DNA from: Utricularia gibba
Taxonomy: Eukaryota > Plantae > Magnoliophyta
DNA length: 64,000 nucleotides
Direction: 5' to 3'
NCBI GenBank assembly: GCA_002189035.1
Contig: CM007991.1
Coordinates: 620,001-684,000 of the forward strand
Positions 50,594 through 64,000 of the stretch are shown here, one piece after another (positions within the stretch are counted from its first letter, which is position 1; each line of letters starts with the position of its first letter). The position numbers and the translations under genes are program-made. The notes under the pieces are model-generated. The model was not told the DNA's origin. It saw nothing but the letters and a program-made list of their open reading frames with translations, and ran no database searches.

Positions 50594-53500
50594 ATGGCGC
50601 CCAAGAAGCAGCAAAAGCAGAAGGGATCATCGGCGACGGCGAAGCCCACAGCGTCAGTTGGGCACAAGCTACAGCTCTCGTCGGAGAACGAGAACCGCCT
50701 AAGACGCCTTCTTCTAAGTTCAGGGCGGTCGGCGGGGCCATCTACGACGGTGAGAGTAGAGTCCCGCTCGAAGGCGCAGACGACAAAACGTCTTCTCAGC
50801 GTTTACGAGAAGCTTTCGTGCGATGGGTTTAAGGATGAACAGGTTGAGCGTGCTCTATCCTCCCTCAAGGTGGGTCTTATCGTGGTTAACTAGCTATGGT
50901 ATTCTATTAAAACATGTGTTGGAAATATGATTTCGAAATGCACGTTATAGAAAAATTGATCTGGACATGGGTAACGAATTCACCGTCATGGAGCCTATAC
51001 TAGTGAAGGGAGATCATGATGCCGAATTAAGGCTTTCATTTATATCAGTTATGCTTAGTAATTTAGTGGCAACTGGGAGATGCGGTTGTAATACGTTATT
51101 TAGTTTGTGTGAGTGGTTTGATGGAATTTATTGACCGTATAGTGATGATAAGTGCTGGTTACCACTTTTTATAGGAAAATGTCACTTACGAAGCTGCTCT
51201 AGACTGGCTATGCTTGAATCTAACAGGGGATGAGCTCCCACTGAAATTCTCTAGTGGCAGCTTCTCGCATGCAGGAGAAGGTGCATGTCTTCTAACTTTA
51301 CGAGCCAAATGATCTCTTGAATATTAAATTAATGGCCCATTCTTAGAATAAATTGATTTTCAGGTTCTGTTGGCATCATATCAACTGCTCGGGAAGATTG
51401 GGTTCCATCAAGCGATTTCCCTAGTGATGTGGTGGAAAATAACAACGCGGGTGCAGTGCTTAGAAGAAAAAATCAGAGAGATGATGAAAGGTTAGATCCC
51501 GTTCAGCGTTCTCAAGCAGATTGGATCCTTCAATATATGGAACACCAGGATGAGGTACTTCCATGCATTGGTCATCGTCCTCATTTCCGTCGGGTGAATT
51601 TATATGATGCAGTGCCTTATGATTCTATAAAATTGGTATTTGGATATCTTTATCAGCAACGTGCAGACGTTCATGGATTGTTTGTATTAGTAGTTTTTGG
51701 CGCCAACACAGCACTTCTATGCCCCCCATTCCCTTAGTGGAACATTTCATCTTATGGTGAAGCCACATCTTATGAGCTGTATTTCCTGTTACTGTGTTTC
51801 TGCTTACCATTTCGAAAATGTCAGATGACAGACATTTTTTTCAGGACGATTTTGATTCTTGGGAGACTAATTCACTATACAATATCTCTTCAGACAAGGT
51901 ATCTCTCATCTATTTTACATATTTGTTTGAAATTTCCGTCAATTATCACATTCATTCTGACCCCAAGGGAAAAAAACTATCGTGGATGCTAATTTAAGAT
52001 TTCTTCCCTGACCATAGTTATGGCATTTTTCGAATTCCTGTGCCTGTGATATGAAGCTGTTACAGCTATCTTTATTTTCCTATATTTCTTTTGCATTCTT
52101 GTTATTTTCCTACTTTCAGTACCTGATCTGGCGACCAAGTCATTGATGCCAACTTGCTAAAAGACTTAGAATTTTCATGTTGCAGCCTAAGAGAAATTAT
52201 GAATCCATACTTGAAGACTATTGCAGAGCTAGGGGAAAAGCAGCTATAGCTAAAGAAAGAGGTGATAAAAAAAGTCAGGAAGAGGCTGGCTTAGTTATTC
52301 GTAATACTAAAGAGGAGATATTAGCCTTAGGTACTAACAAAATTTAATCATATATTCACCTGTGAATTTCTTAAATAATATTTACATTTAATCACAGTTT
52401 TTCTTGTGTTATTTCTCAGGACTCTCTCCTGAAATTTTAGAGACTGAATTTGTAAATTGTTCCTATCGTGCATCAGAGGGTCCATCTTCCAGCATAAATT
52501 CATGTGAATATGAAAGCTCCTCAGTTGATTCAAAGTCGGGTGTTGAAGCTAATCAGAAGGATTTTGGCAGTGGGCCCCCAATTCCACTGTCAGCATGTCC
52601 GCAAAATGGAGATGAACTGGTGAAAGAATCAGGAGATGTAGAACTTGGTGATTTTTTTTTGGATGATGAAAGTTGTGCCGAACCCTTACCTTCTAATGTT
52701 CTGGGACTAAAACACAGAGAACGAATTCGAGAGCTTTGTGGTGAAAAGAACTTGGAAAAGTTGGAAGGAATCTGGAAGAAGGTAGAATCTATGATTCATG
52801 AAGTTTTATCCACTGTAATATGATGCCTGGACCGCAACTTTGGTTTTATTTTTTCACTGCTATCTTCTCAACTCCATATCTTATCGTGTGTTCTGCAAAG
52901 CTTTCAATCCTGCCAGAACTTATATTCTGTCATTGAGGTTTTAACTATTCTCATGGTTTATTTTTTTTATTGTATTTTTACTGCCTCATGGGTCTCCCAT
53001 CATCGCTTGTTAAATGCATACTGAATTTCGTACAAAATAGGGAGATGCCAAAAAGATGCCAAAAGCTTTTCTCCATCAACTTTGCCAAAGATCAGGATGG
53101 GAAGCACCAAAATATGAAAAAATCCTGTCACAAGGGCATGCTTCTTGTTATTCTGTTAGCATCTTGAGAAAAGCTAGTGGGAGGGGGAAAAGTAGAAAAG
53201 CTGGTGGTTTGACAACCATTCAACTCCCAGCACAGGACGCTGGTTCTAGCACGCCAGAGGTATGGTTTGCCTAGGATGCTTTAAATGGGAAATGTAATTA
53301 TGCAATGGCTATTTCTTTAGGATAGTTGATGTAACTGGGAAAGCTGATAAATATATTTTTTCTCAACTCCACTTTCTTATCTACGATAAACTGCTGATAA
53401 ATATAGATAAACACATGAATGGATGTGCCACTAGTGCTATTAAATATCACATTAAAAACGTTCAGAGCTTACACCCCTCAATTCACTTCAGGATGCTCAA

Positions 53501-56500
53501 AACAAAGTTGCAGCATATGCTCTACATTCGATGTTCCCTGACCTACCAATTCAGTTAGTACTTTCAGAACCATATTCCGTGCATGTGATGAAATGGAAGG
53601 AAGGTAATGTGTGTTTCACATAATCATATCCTGAAGAATCAAAAGTTTCTAAATCTTGCTGGACGTTTGCTGAATTTTTGTATATAGTACTCTCTGATTC
53701 TTTCTTCTAATCTGCAGCTGAGTTGTTATCAACGGTAGAAGATTTACACTTGAGTCGGAGAGTAGGTTTTGTGGACACATTGTTGAGAGTGGATAACATC
53801 GTGGATGATGTCAGGGAGCGTGCTGTTGTAGATAAAACTCAAATAACTCTCAAAAGAGAAAGCACATCCTCGTTCAGGAATCCGAGTGTTGGAAGTAAGC
53901 AATATTGGTGTATTTGTTTCATTGACCTTAGCATGGCTATGTGGGTGATGTGCGTGGTACAATGTCAAGTGTAAGTACAGTGAAAACTATTGAAAGATCT
54001 CCTGGGGATTTTCTGACACAGTACGTAGTCATGAGAGTTAATGTTTATAGATGCTTTGTTGCTGTTTGTCGGATGAACAGTTCTGTTGCTTGAAAATTGA
54101 TTTTATGAGTATGATGTGGAATGGAAAGCCAATTATGTTTCCAGTGCTAATCGATTCCTGTTGTTTCTGAATATGTTTAAGACTCTATTTATTTTGTAAT
54201 GCTTGATTAACTGGCTACATCCTACAATCTTGTTGTTGCTAAATTGTTTTCTTTTAAACTTGTATTATCCAAACATTTTCATTTTTAGCTCTAGTATTTT
54301 TCCTGAACTTAAATCTTTCGTGTAAACAGGAAGTCACCAGAATGTGATAGCTGATGGAATTCGTCTTCAGAAAGAAGAAGAGCGGAAAAGGGGGATGAAA
54401 AAATACAAGGTCACATGCCCATATTATTTTTTTTTTCGGGTAATAATTAGGCTGAGGGAATTTTGAAGTGAGAGAAAGCTGCCAATTGTAGTTGGAAGTG
54501 TGGCAAGATTTCAATAGACTGGGATTGATCCAACTTTGGTAAAGGAGATACTTATTCTATTCAAAGGCAGCTTTGGGCTAGACATAGACCACTTTGTTTA
54601 GGTGTCTGGTGGTCAGTTGTGTAGGGGTTTGAGGTAAGCTGTGCAAAGTAAATATTGACTTTGATGAACCTTAGCCCATTGCTGTAAGGGCAAAAGTAAT
54701 TGTTTGTTTCAACTACAGTGGCTTATGTAATGCAATGGTGTAGCCTGACGTCTTGATTTGGTTTCTTTGCTTTATCAACTAACAAGCAAGGGTATTTTTT
54801 GTTGAGGGGGGGGGGGGGATGTAACTACATTGCAACCTGAATCAGTTCTTAGAATTTTCCTTAATTTCTTCAGTATCACTTGTGTATTGTAGTATTATAC
54901 ACGTATTCTTTTGTTTAGGAAATGCTACATCTGAGGGAAAGCCTCCCTATCGCAGCTGTTAAAGATAATATTATCAGTCTGCTTCAGGATAATGATGTTA
55001 TTGTAATTTCCGGAGAGACTGGTTGTGGAAAGACAACTCAGGTACGATACATGAGAAAACATTCTATTTGGAAACTTTAGTTCAAGGTGGTCTCGTTTCA
55101 CAAATGAATATGTTGAATTTTGTTGTGTCCTCGTTGAAATGGCTATTCAGGTCCCACAATACATCTTAGACAGCATGATTGAAGCAGGAAATGGGGGCAA
55201 CTGTAATATAATTTGCACACAGCCAAGGAGAATCGCTGTATGAATTCTACTTTTATTTTTTGTTCATTGTATTGTTTACTTTGATTATTGTTTTTGGGGT
55301 ACGGTTACTGATGATGAATGTAAGGATCATGGTTACTGCACTTTCATATCTTATTTAGGCAGTTTCTGTTGCTGAAAGAGTGGCAAATGAACGCTGTGAT
55401 TCTTATCCGGGATCATATGATTCTTTGGTTGGTTATCACGTTCGTTTAGACAATTCAAGGTACACTTTACGCTTGTATAAAATGCTGGTTTTCTTTTTTT
55501 TTTGGTGTAATTATGCTTTTATAGATGAGCCAACTTTTTGTAAGTTTCTTTCAGCATCCATTTTCACATATAAGCTTTTTTTTCTTCAGCAATGAACGTA
55601 CCAAGCTTCTCTTTTGCACCACTGGAATCCTTTTGAGGATGATGTTGGTAGGATCCCAAATCTTTCTGTTTCACTTGCGTTATCATGTCATGGAATGCAT
55701 TTTTTTTCCCTGTAACCGAGCCCTTGTGTTTTTGTCACATAAGTTTTTTTCTTCCTGGCATGCAGGGAAATAAAGACTTGGCTGATGTGAGCCATGTAAT
55801 AGTTGATGAAGTTCATGAGCGGTCTCTTCTGGTTAGCTAATTACGTTTAATATTTTTTACCTTGTATTTTTAACTAGTGAATTAACATCTAAAATTCCTC
55901 TTAAGAATATCATTCAGTAACAGCATCTGACAGAGCTACGTTTATTTGGCTCATTTGTAGGGTGACTTTTTGCTTATTGTTCTAAAGAATCTGATAGAGA
56001 AGCAGCATGCATCCGGGCAATCAACATTGAAAGTCATTCTTATGTACGCATTATATCCAATTCACAGTAATGTCAAATTCTACAGTTCTAACGTATCTTG
56101 CCAACAACTGTCTCTATTGCTTTGCAGGTCAGCAACTGTCAACTCACGCTTATTTTCGACATACTTTAGTAATTGTCCTGTGGTTACTGCTCAAGGAAGA
56201 ACATATCCTGTCTCAGTACATTTTCTTGAGGACATATATCAAGATATGAAGTATCATCTTGCTCCAGATTCTCCTGCCGCAATTAAATATGGAAAATCTT
56301 GGATAAATGAGGTATTAGGATTATGTGAACAATTTTTTCTTGTTGCAGAAAAATAAAGAAAAATGGAATCAGTATCTGGCTGGAATTACGCACACAGAAT
56401 TGCAATAAACCCATTCAAATGACAATGTTGGGTTACCAACTAATCCAAATTTTAGGCATGTGATATTTGTGCGTGGTGAAATAATTGATTCTATTATCCC

Positions 56501-59500
56501 TGCTACTTAATGTGAATCATTGTTTCAGAACATTTTTTTGGATAATAGTTTTTTTTTTGTCTATTAATTTTGACTGTGTTTTTTGGTGGTAGGGTGCTCC
56601 CATTGACAACAAGAGAGGAAAGAAAAATCTCGTTTTATCTGGTTGGGGTGATGATTCCCTGCTCTTGGAGGAAATAGTTAACCCAAACTTTGTCAGCAGT
56701 GATTATCTAAATTATAGTCACCAAACCCGTCAAAATTTGGTAGCCGTTATTCATGATTACCTTCTAGCTTGTAAAGGCTTTTTGATACTTACGTGTGGTA
56801 ACATGTTACAGAAACGATTGAATGAAGATGTCATTGATTATGATCTTCTTCAAGATCTGGTGTGCCATATTGATGAAACTTATCCTGAGGGTGCTATACT
56901 TGTTTTCTTACCAGTAATGCTTTTTTTCCATGAAGGTTATTTTAATTATGATCATGCAATGATAATCAATTTTCCTTATGAGAACTTTTACGATATGCTA
57001 CAGGGTATTCAAGAGATAAATATGTTGCTTGAGGGTCTTACTACCTCACGAAGATTTGGAGGAGACTCATCTAATTGGATTCTTCCTTTGCATTCATCTC
57101 TGACACCTGAAGATCAAAAGAAGGTCTTTCTGAAACCTCCTGAACACGTGCGAAAGGTAAATTTCCTCGCACTATAAATTTCAGTTAGCTATATTCAATA
57201 GTTATGCCTTTATATGCACGCAACTTAATAGATTACAAAATTCGCATTTTTTAATTTCATTCAGATGTATGGATAATTTTCTAAAATGGTCATTTTGATA
57301 GTATGCGTGGATCATTTGTAAGTGATCACTCCATATTCTCTTAGCCCATGGGTTTTCTTCTTAACATCCCAGGTAATAGTTGCCACAAATATTGCTGAGA
57401 CAAGTATCACTATAGATGATGTTGTATATGTTGTGGACTGTGGAAAGCACAAGGAAAGTCGGTATAATCCACAGAAGGTCTGCGCCTGTTTGTGTTCTTG
57501 GCAACCAGAGTATTTCATTAAAAGTAATTAGCGTGCATCATGAATTATTGAGATAAGTATTGTGTAACAGAAACTATCAAGCATGGTTGAAGATTGGATT
57601 TCTAAAGCAAATGCTCGGCAGAGGAGAGGGCGTGCAGGTCGTGTAAAGCCAGGAATGTGCTTTTGCTTGTATACCCGATGCAGATATGAAAATCTGTTGA
57701 GAGACTACCAGGTATTAGGTTCATCTCAAAACAGAACAAGCAGAGAGATATTGGGACTCATTTAATTTCCTTTTTTGAAGTATTGCTTTTTTAATTATTA
57801 TCACAATCTCTAATTCTGGCTTCCTTGGGAGTTTAGCTACCCGAAATGATGCGAGTGCCTCTTAACGAGTTATGTCTGCAAGTAAAATTACTTTCACTCG
57901 GTGGAATTAAACAATTCTTGTCAAAGGCAAGTCATTTACTCATGTATTAGCCCACTTCTTGATTCGCTTTTTCTTTTTGAAAAGGTTCTACTGAAAGAAA
58001 TATTGCTTGTGAACCATGCTTAGCATGTTTTACCGATTTAATTTGCTTCACCTTCTACATTCAGGCTTTGGAACCTCCTCGTGAGGAAGCTATTGAAACA
58101 GCAGTCTCATTGCTGTACGAGGTATATTTTATTTCTGCGACAATTCACAGTTTTCAAAAATAGATTCAACAAATCCAGTTTATCAAAAGTCTCGTATTTC
58201 CTTTGAGATGTTATGAGTGTATCTTTGCCATAAATTGTCGTTAAAACCCCTCCAAGCGATGAGATTGTGCTATGGAAATTGAATGTAAAATGGTTTGCCA
58301 CATTAGCATCGAAGAACTTTTAAAGTGAGGTGCTATCTGGACTGTGAAGTGGTACCTATACTGTTTAATATATCTATGTTTCGGCACCACAGGTTGGTGC
58401 TATTGAGGGTAATGAAGAATTGACACCTCTTGGCTATCATCTGGCAGGACTTCCGGTAGATATACTGATTGGAAAGGTACAAGGTCTACATTAGACTCTT
58501 ATGTCATGAATTTGTTCCGTAAAATATTATGATCTGTAGATAATTATCACGGTCCTTGTTTTTAGGGAACTAGTACAAATTTTTTAAGAGCTTATAAGGA
58601 ATATTTCGATTTCCTCAAAGTTTTTAGGGAACTAGTCTCGACATTGAAGAATAAATTGGAAAGAATGTAGATAATTATGTAGAGAGGAATCAAAGCAATT
58701 GGTTGTACTCAACCTTGTGTGTCAGTGCATTTTCTATTGTGCATTTTCATGTTCACGAATTGGTCCATTTTATGAAGTTTAACTTTGTAATATGGCATGA
58801 GCTTTTGAGACTCGCATGCAGTCTAAACTCTCCAAGGTTTCTTTCATAGGGTTCAAAAAAAATATCGTGGGTGACTTGTAGATGCTTCTACTTTTGGACT
58901 CAAGGAAGCATTTCACTGGACAAGTGGCTATGAATTATTGTAGCTGTAGCTAGTAAAAAGACGTACTGAAAATTAAAAACAACCAGGAAACATCCTAACG
59001 ATCAGTCTTGTGACGCATCAGTTTAAAATGTCAGAGATATTAAAAAATTTTCATCAATGAGCGTAGCCCAATGAAAGTTTCATCATCATGCACGGCGTTG
59101 TCTAACAAATAGTCCTACTTGAACTTGCAGATGATGGTATATGGTGCAATATTTGGATGCTTGTCACCCATTTTGACCATTTCAGCATTCTTGAGCCACA
59201 AGTCTCCATTTATATATCCGAGGGATGAGGTCTTTGTTATGTTTTTTGAATTTAATATGCACATGTGACTTGTTATTATTTTAGTAAATGCTATTGCAGA
59301 ATGAAAATGTGGAAAGGGGAAAATTAGCTATACTGGCTCATCGTGTTGGTGATGTACCTATTTCCCCTGAAGGTGGTTGGCAATCGGACCATCTTCTAAT
59401 GATGATTTCATATGAAAAATGGGAAAAGATCCTAAGTTTGGTTAGTTTTCTTTTTCTCAATATCTGCACCATGAACGTAGCATAGATGCCTGTTTTGTTA

Positions 59501-61526
59501 TTCTTTCTCTTACTGGGATGAACGGTTGAAGACATCGTATGATGTCCTCATTTAGTCAGGAAATATACCTTCATGTGCTGCTTTGTTTTTTGGTTACATG
59601 TGGCGTGATTTGATCAAGTCATTTTGGAATATTAGCTATTATTTGACATGGTAATTTCTGAATTAATACGAGAGGTTATGCATTTTATATCTGGAAAATT
59701 TTAAGTTTTTAAAGCTGCCTCGTGTGATTGTCTTTTTGCAGAGTGGTGCTAAAGCAGCACAAAAGTTTTGCACCTCACACTTCTTGAGCAGCTCAGTTAT
59801 GTACACGATACGGTATAATGTCACTGATCCCCTTTTGTTTTGACAGGCATTATGTACCTGAAGCATTTAATTGGTCTCATTTTTGCAGTATTAGACATGC
59901 ACTCTGATAAATTATACATTTGTTCCAGGGAGATGAGAACACAATTTGGTATATTGCTCGCAGACATTGGGCTTATTAACATTCCGAAGGTATGCATTTT
60001 TATGTTTGAATAATGCTTCTGCTTATGAACACCTCCTGAAGTCCTCTTCTAGGCACCATGGTCACGCGCTGTTTAGATTTGTGGTGTTAGAGATGACACA
60101 GGCCTAAGGCCTCCAATACAAGCAACTGTGGTAGTAATACATTCACCATATGAATTAAAAGAATTGGAGGCATGCACCTTCATTTGCTTTTGTAATACAT
60201 TCCGTGGTTTTAAGAGTCACGCGCTCAAGTATTCCCCATATTCACCCTCAAAAAGATGAGCTGAAGATATAAATGGTTACCTGATACGCGCTTAGATCAG
60301 ACTTTATGTATGCTCGACCTGCTCAGAATAGATGTCTAATTTCAGGCGCATCCTGAAAAAGCTGGGTGGAAAAACAAGCAAAAGCTTGGTAATATTCTGG
60401 CTGATGTGTCCCATTCATTCAATCAGTACTCAAAGCAGCCAGCCGTGGTAAAGGTGAGAGCTCCACTTATCCCCCTTGTTTTTTTAGAGCGCCAACATTT
60501 CATTGTGCCTTAAAGGCGCGTACAGCAAGCCTTCTTAATTGATTATGTTGAGCAATTTAACCACACCCTTATATCTAAGTGTTTCAGGAATTGCGATCTT
60601 GTTGTCTGACATCACTTAAATTTGCATTTCCTAATCTGTTTGGAACATAACCTGTGGATAATTTCCATGCCATGTGCTAATGTGTGCCTAATGCTAATCT
60701 CTTGATATTTGGGCAGGCAGTAATAGCAGCCGGCTTGTACCCTAATGTTGCCATCACTCAAGCAAGCAAGACTGGAGATCGCCCCGTGTGGTTTGATGGG
60801 AAAAGAGAAGTTCACATACACCCCGTATCCGTCAATTTTGCACAGAAGGCTTTCCAGTATCCATTTCTAGTATACCTCGAGAAGGTGAAAGCCATGGTTA
60901 CCATATGTAGATTTTATTTCAATATTTCTTTTGGCACCATGCCTCTTTTCAGTGTTTTGAGCTGCATAAGAACCTATTTAAGCCATACGTCTGCTATCTC
61001 ATTGTGTGCATGTTACAGGTTGAAACCAGCAAAGTATTCTTGAGAGACACTACGGTTATCTCCCCAAACTCCATTTTACTCTTCGGTGGATCATTAACGG
61101 TTCAGCATCAGGTACACTGGACCCCTCCCCCATCTCTTCTTCCTTACCGGAACATGGACATGATGTAGTCTTCTTGTCCGTAATCCAATCCTCCATTATA
61201 AGCTCTCTTCATCTTTCTGCAGGCCGGTTTGATTGTTGTAGACAACTGGATAACAATGCAAGCCCCTGCACAGACGGCTGTCCTCTTCAAAGAACTTCGC
61301 ACCACCCTTCATTCTATTTTAAAGGATCTCATTAGCCACCCCAGGTACCAATCCTGGGAATTCATATTCATGAACTTGTCCATTGCTCCTGTTCTCCCCT
61401 CTGTTAACCGTACCTCATCTCCCATTTCCCTCACAGAGCTCGAAGGACTCTCCTGTCAACAACGAAGTTATGAGATCCATAATACAATTGTTCTTGGAGG
61501 AAGACAATCAGCCCCTCAACAAGTGA
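50594..61526 (+). CDS. DExH-box ATP-dependent RNA helicase, DExH7/DHX29-57-like, many exons
   Basis: [28 protein letters not shown]-like EAALDWLCL, dsRBD-like [10 protein letters not shown]; Walker [50 protein letters not shown]2 and OB-fold (HIHPVSVN); stop TGA 61524-61526. Confidence 0.92.
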
Positions 61527-62174
61527 CCATCGTTCTCCCATCCTCCATGATCTACATTCTGCAACCAATGGCGCTGGTAATAAATCAGCTGCAGGTAACT
61601 TCATTTCACAATAAGCCCATTTCAAGTCAGCTGCTATATGCTTTCTGTGCCTTCCATAAATGTCTCTCGTTCATGATTTTTATGGGATTCTGTTGTTCGG
61701 TTGGTTGGTTTTGCTGGTGTAACGAAATCCAACTATGTTCAGGAACATATGAACTTGAAAAAAAAATGTAAAAAGAAAAACTTGTTAAATTTGTTGAGTA
61801 TGTTGGATTTCAGTGTTTTAAAAGGGCTGTTATTTTTTCATGAATTTAAATTGAGTATGTTATAGCCGTTGAGTATGATTCATTTTAAATATTCTAAATA
61901 ATGAAATTATTATTTAAACAGATTGAATTTATTATGGGTTTAATTATGAATTAGAGTTGAATAATTTTGATTTAATTCCTGATTTTAAAATATTTATTAT
62001 GTTATCTATAATATTTAATAAATTTAATGCCGAGTCCAGTGTGTGACACGGGCTCGGCCCAACAAGGACCGTGACAATTATTTTTAATTAGTTGCGCTAA
62101 TCACTGTATTATGATGAGTGTAAAGATACATATCGCCGATTAACCGTACTAGCCCTTTGAGTCCATTCTCTCCC

Positions 62175-63955
62175 ATGGCGAAATCGTCTTCTGGTTCGCT
62201 ACTGGCTTCTTCTCCTTTTCGCATCTTCGTCCCAGAGGCGAAGCTTTGCTTTTTCTCTTCGCACTGGCCATCCTCTTCTCCATCTTCTTGCAGCAAATCT
62301 CAGCCACTTCCGCCGCCGACTTCGAGGGATTCGATGCCGACGAAGATGAGGAGTTCCTAGTCCCCGATGCTAAGGAAGATTATTCCTTTTCTTCCTATCG
62401 CACCCCGCACCCATCCATATCACTTTCCACTTCTACGCCGGAGTCTGAACGTGGTCCCCCAGACTCCCCCGTCGCCGATCAGGGTTCCGGTTCCACTCCG
62501 AATGCCCCGACCACTTCCTCTTCATCGTTTGACTACTGGGACGAGGATGAATTCGAGGGTATTCCGCAGGAATCGAGTGTTCCTTCAGAAGGGAGGGCGG
62601 CTACTGAGTCGAAACCGGATTCGGGTTCGGAGGCTGAGAAATTGGACGAAGATTCTGAATCGACCGCTGGAACCCAGTTCAGGATTGGTTCGTATTCCGT
62701 TGAGATTGTTTGCGTTTCGTTTTTGATAATGTTTGCGATTAATTATTTCACCGGGAAAAGAGAGAACGAAAACATTGCGTTTGCCTGGGCGAGTAAGTTC
62801 GCAGTTAAGGACTCAATTTTCGACAAGAATTTCAGTTTGCTAGGAGTCGGGGAGTCTGATGGTGCACCCCTTTGGTTGAAGGAGGGACAGAACATCTTCA
62901 AGTTTTATGCAAGTGGAAGGAGATTTTGCACTGGGCTGCTGGCAACCATGGAGCTCAAAAGTAGGCATGATTTGATCTCCAAGTTGTACAATATGGTGAT
63001 TCCTTGCCAGGATGAGATCACTTTTGAAGTTTACATGAACGATGATGCAATGGATCATGTGATCTTCGCGTTAGCACGGAAGAAATTGGCAAAGACAATG
63101 CAAAAAGAGGTTAAAGATTTGCAGAGGTTTGCGGCGTTAGTGACGCCTCCTAGTGGGAGAAAGTGGGTTGCGGAGGAGCTGCAGGCTGTGGCAGAATCGA
63201 AGGAGGTTGCGGGAGATTTACTCACTGATGCTGTGCTTGATCAGGTTTGATCTAAAATCTCCCTTTTTCTTCCAGCCCTTCATCTAGTTGATATTCACAT
63301 TGTTTGTAGCTGCCGCTTGGCCTTCTAATCCCTCCCTCTCCCTTCCCCAGTGCTTATTTTTTGTCAGTTTGTATGCTAAAATGATGAACTGAAAATTGTG
63401 CTGCTGCATTTTCTGGGCATACATTTAGGTGTTCGGTGATAAATCCTTTGAAAAGTTTGGAAAGGGTTTCATCTCAATGCACTTGTCAGACCAACACGCT
63501 GGTTCTAACAAGAAGATGCTGGTATTCAAATTTGCTCTCCCTGATGTCGACCATATGGCTGACATGACTCGGTTGGTTGCTCTTGTACCATACTACATTG
63601 ATCAAATTGGGCGATACAAACTTAGCTCACATGTAAGCATTGAAAAGTCTGTTGATGTAATGTAGTCCCAAACTGATCAAATGCATAATCTGGTCACTTA
63701 TCTGCTTTTGTATACATACCTCAGGCTCGAACCAAAACAGAGGCAGCCAGATCAAAGGTTGCCCAAGAGGAGTACAAAGAACTTCAAAACAGCCGGCAGG
63801 AAGCCTTGCAGAAGAAGAAGGCTGAGGAAAGGAAGAAAGTGGAGGAGGCTGAAGCTAAGCTAAGCGCCGAAGCCCTTCGTAAGAAGGAAGCAAAAGAGCG
63901 TGCCCGCCAAATGAAGAAGGCCATGCCAAAGCTCAAGATGACCAGAGCTCATTAG
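62175..63955 (+). CDS. CCDC47 / DUF1682-like ER membrane protein (At5g49945-like), 3 exons, apparent 1-nt frameshift in the signal peptide region
   Basis: Signal peptide, acidic luminal region with FDYWDEDEFEG, TM EIVCVSFLIMFAINYFTGKREN, FKFYASGRRFC, ELKSRHDLIS, basic coiled-coil tail ending MPKLKMTRAH stop at 63955. The only upstream ATG (62175) is out of frame by 1 nt. Confidence 0.85.
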
Positions 63956-64000
63956 AGTAACCACTGTGCCACATCCTCAAAGCCCATCCATCCATCCAAC

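Noticed and set aside
54806-54818. G13 run in a helicase intron (G-quadruplex potential)
   Set aside because: Isolated homopolymer with no supporting context, and run lengths are unreliable in this assembly.
60061-60226. Short repeated and inverted motifs in a helicase intron (GTCACGCGCT x2; GCCTCCAAT/ATTGGAGGC)
   Set aside because: The 9-10 bp matches are too short to define an element; possibly a decayed TE fragment, untestable here.
1-64000. CRISPR arrays, rRNA, organellar inserts or prokaryotic defence systems
   Set aside because: None seen; this is intron-containing plant nuclear DNA throughout.

Overview
Gene-dense nuclear DNA from a eudicot plant with short introns; the species cannot be determined from the sequence. 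In order: 3' part of an RNA Pol I subunit RPA49-like gene (+), MET1 CG maintenance methyltransferase (+), TMEM184/DUF300 transporter-like gene (+), germin-like protein (-), FEN1 (-), At1g36990-like unknown protein (-), separase ESP1 (-), ELO-type fatty acid elongase (+), At1g10780-like F-box gene (+), a MIR166 hairpin (+), a full-length young Ty1/copia LTR retrotransposon (39354-44845), intron-containing tRNA-Met(CAT), SnRK2 kinase (-), tRNA-Arg(TCG), a Cx9C/CMC4-like gene (+), a DExH7/DHX29-like RNA helicase (+) and a CCDC47-like gene (+). The most unusual object is the retrotransposon. Its 18-nt primer-binding site matches tRNA-Trp rather than the usual initiator Met. It has non-canonical TG...TA ends with a perfect TAAAA target-site duplication and near-identical LTRs, yet gag-pol carries three in-frame stops, and it sits 434 bp downstream of the MIR166 hairpin. 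Six apparent 1-nt deletions in homopolymer runs (MET1 x2, ESP1, integrase, tRNA-Met, CCDC47) point to systematic assembly error, so these frameshifts should not be read as pseudogenes without raw reads. Gene names come from motifs recognised from memory, not from database searches.
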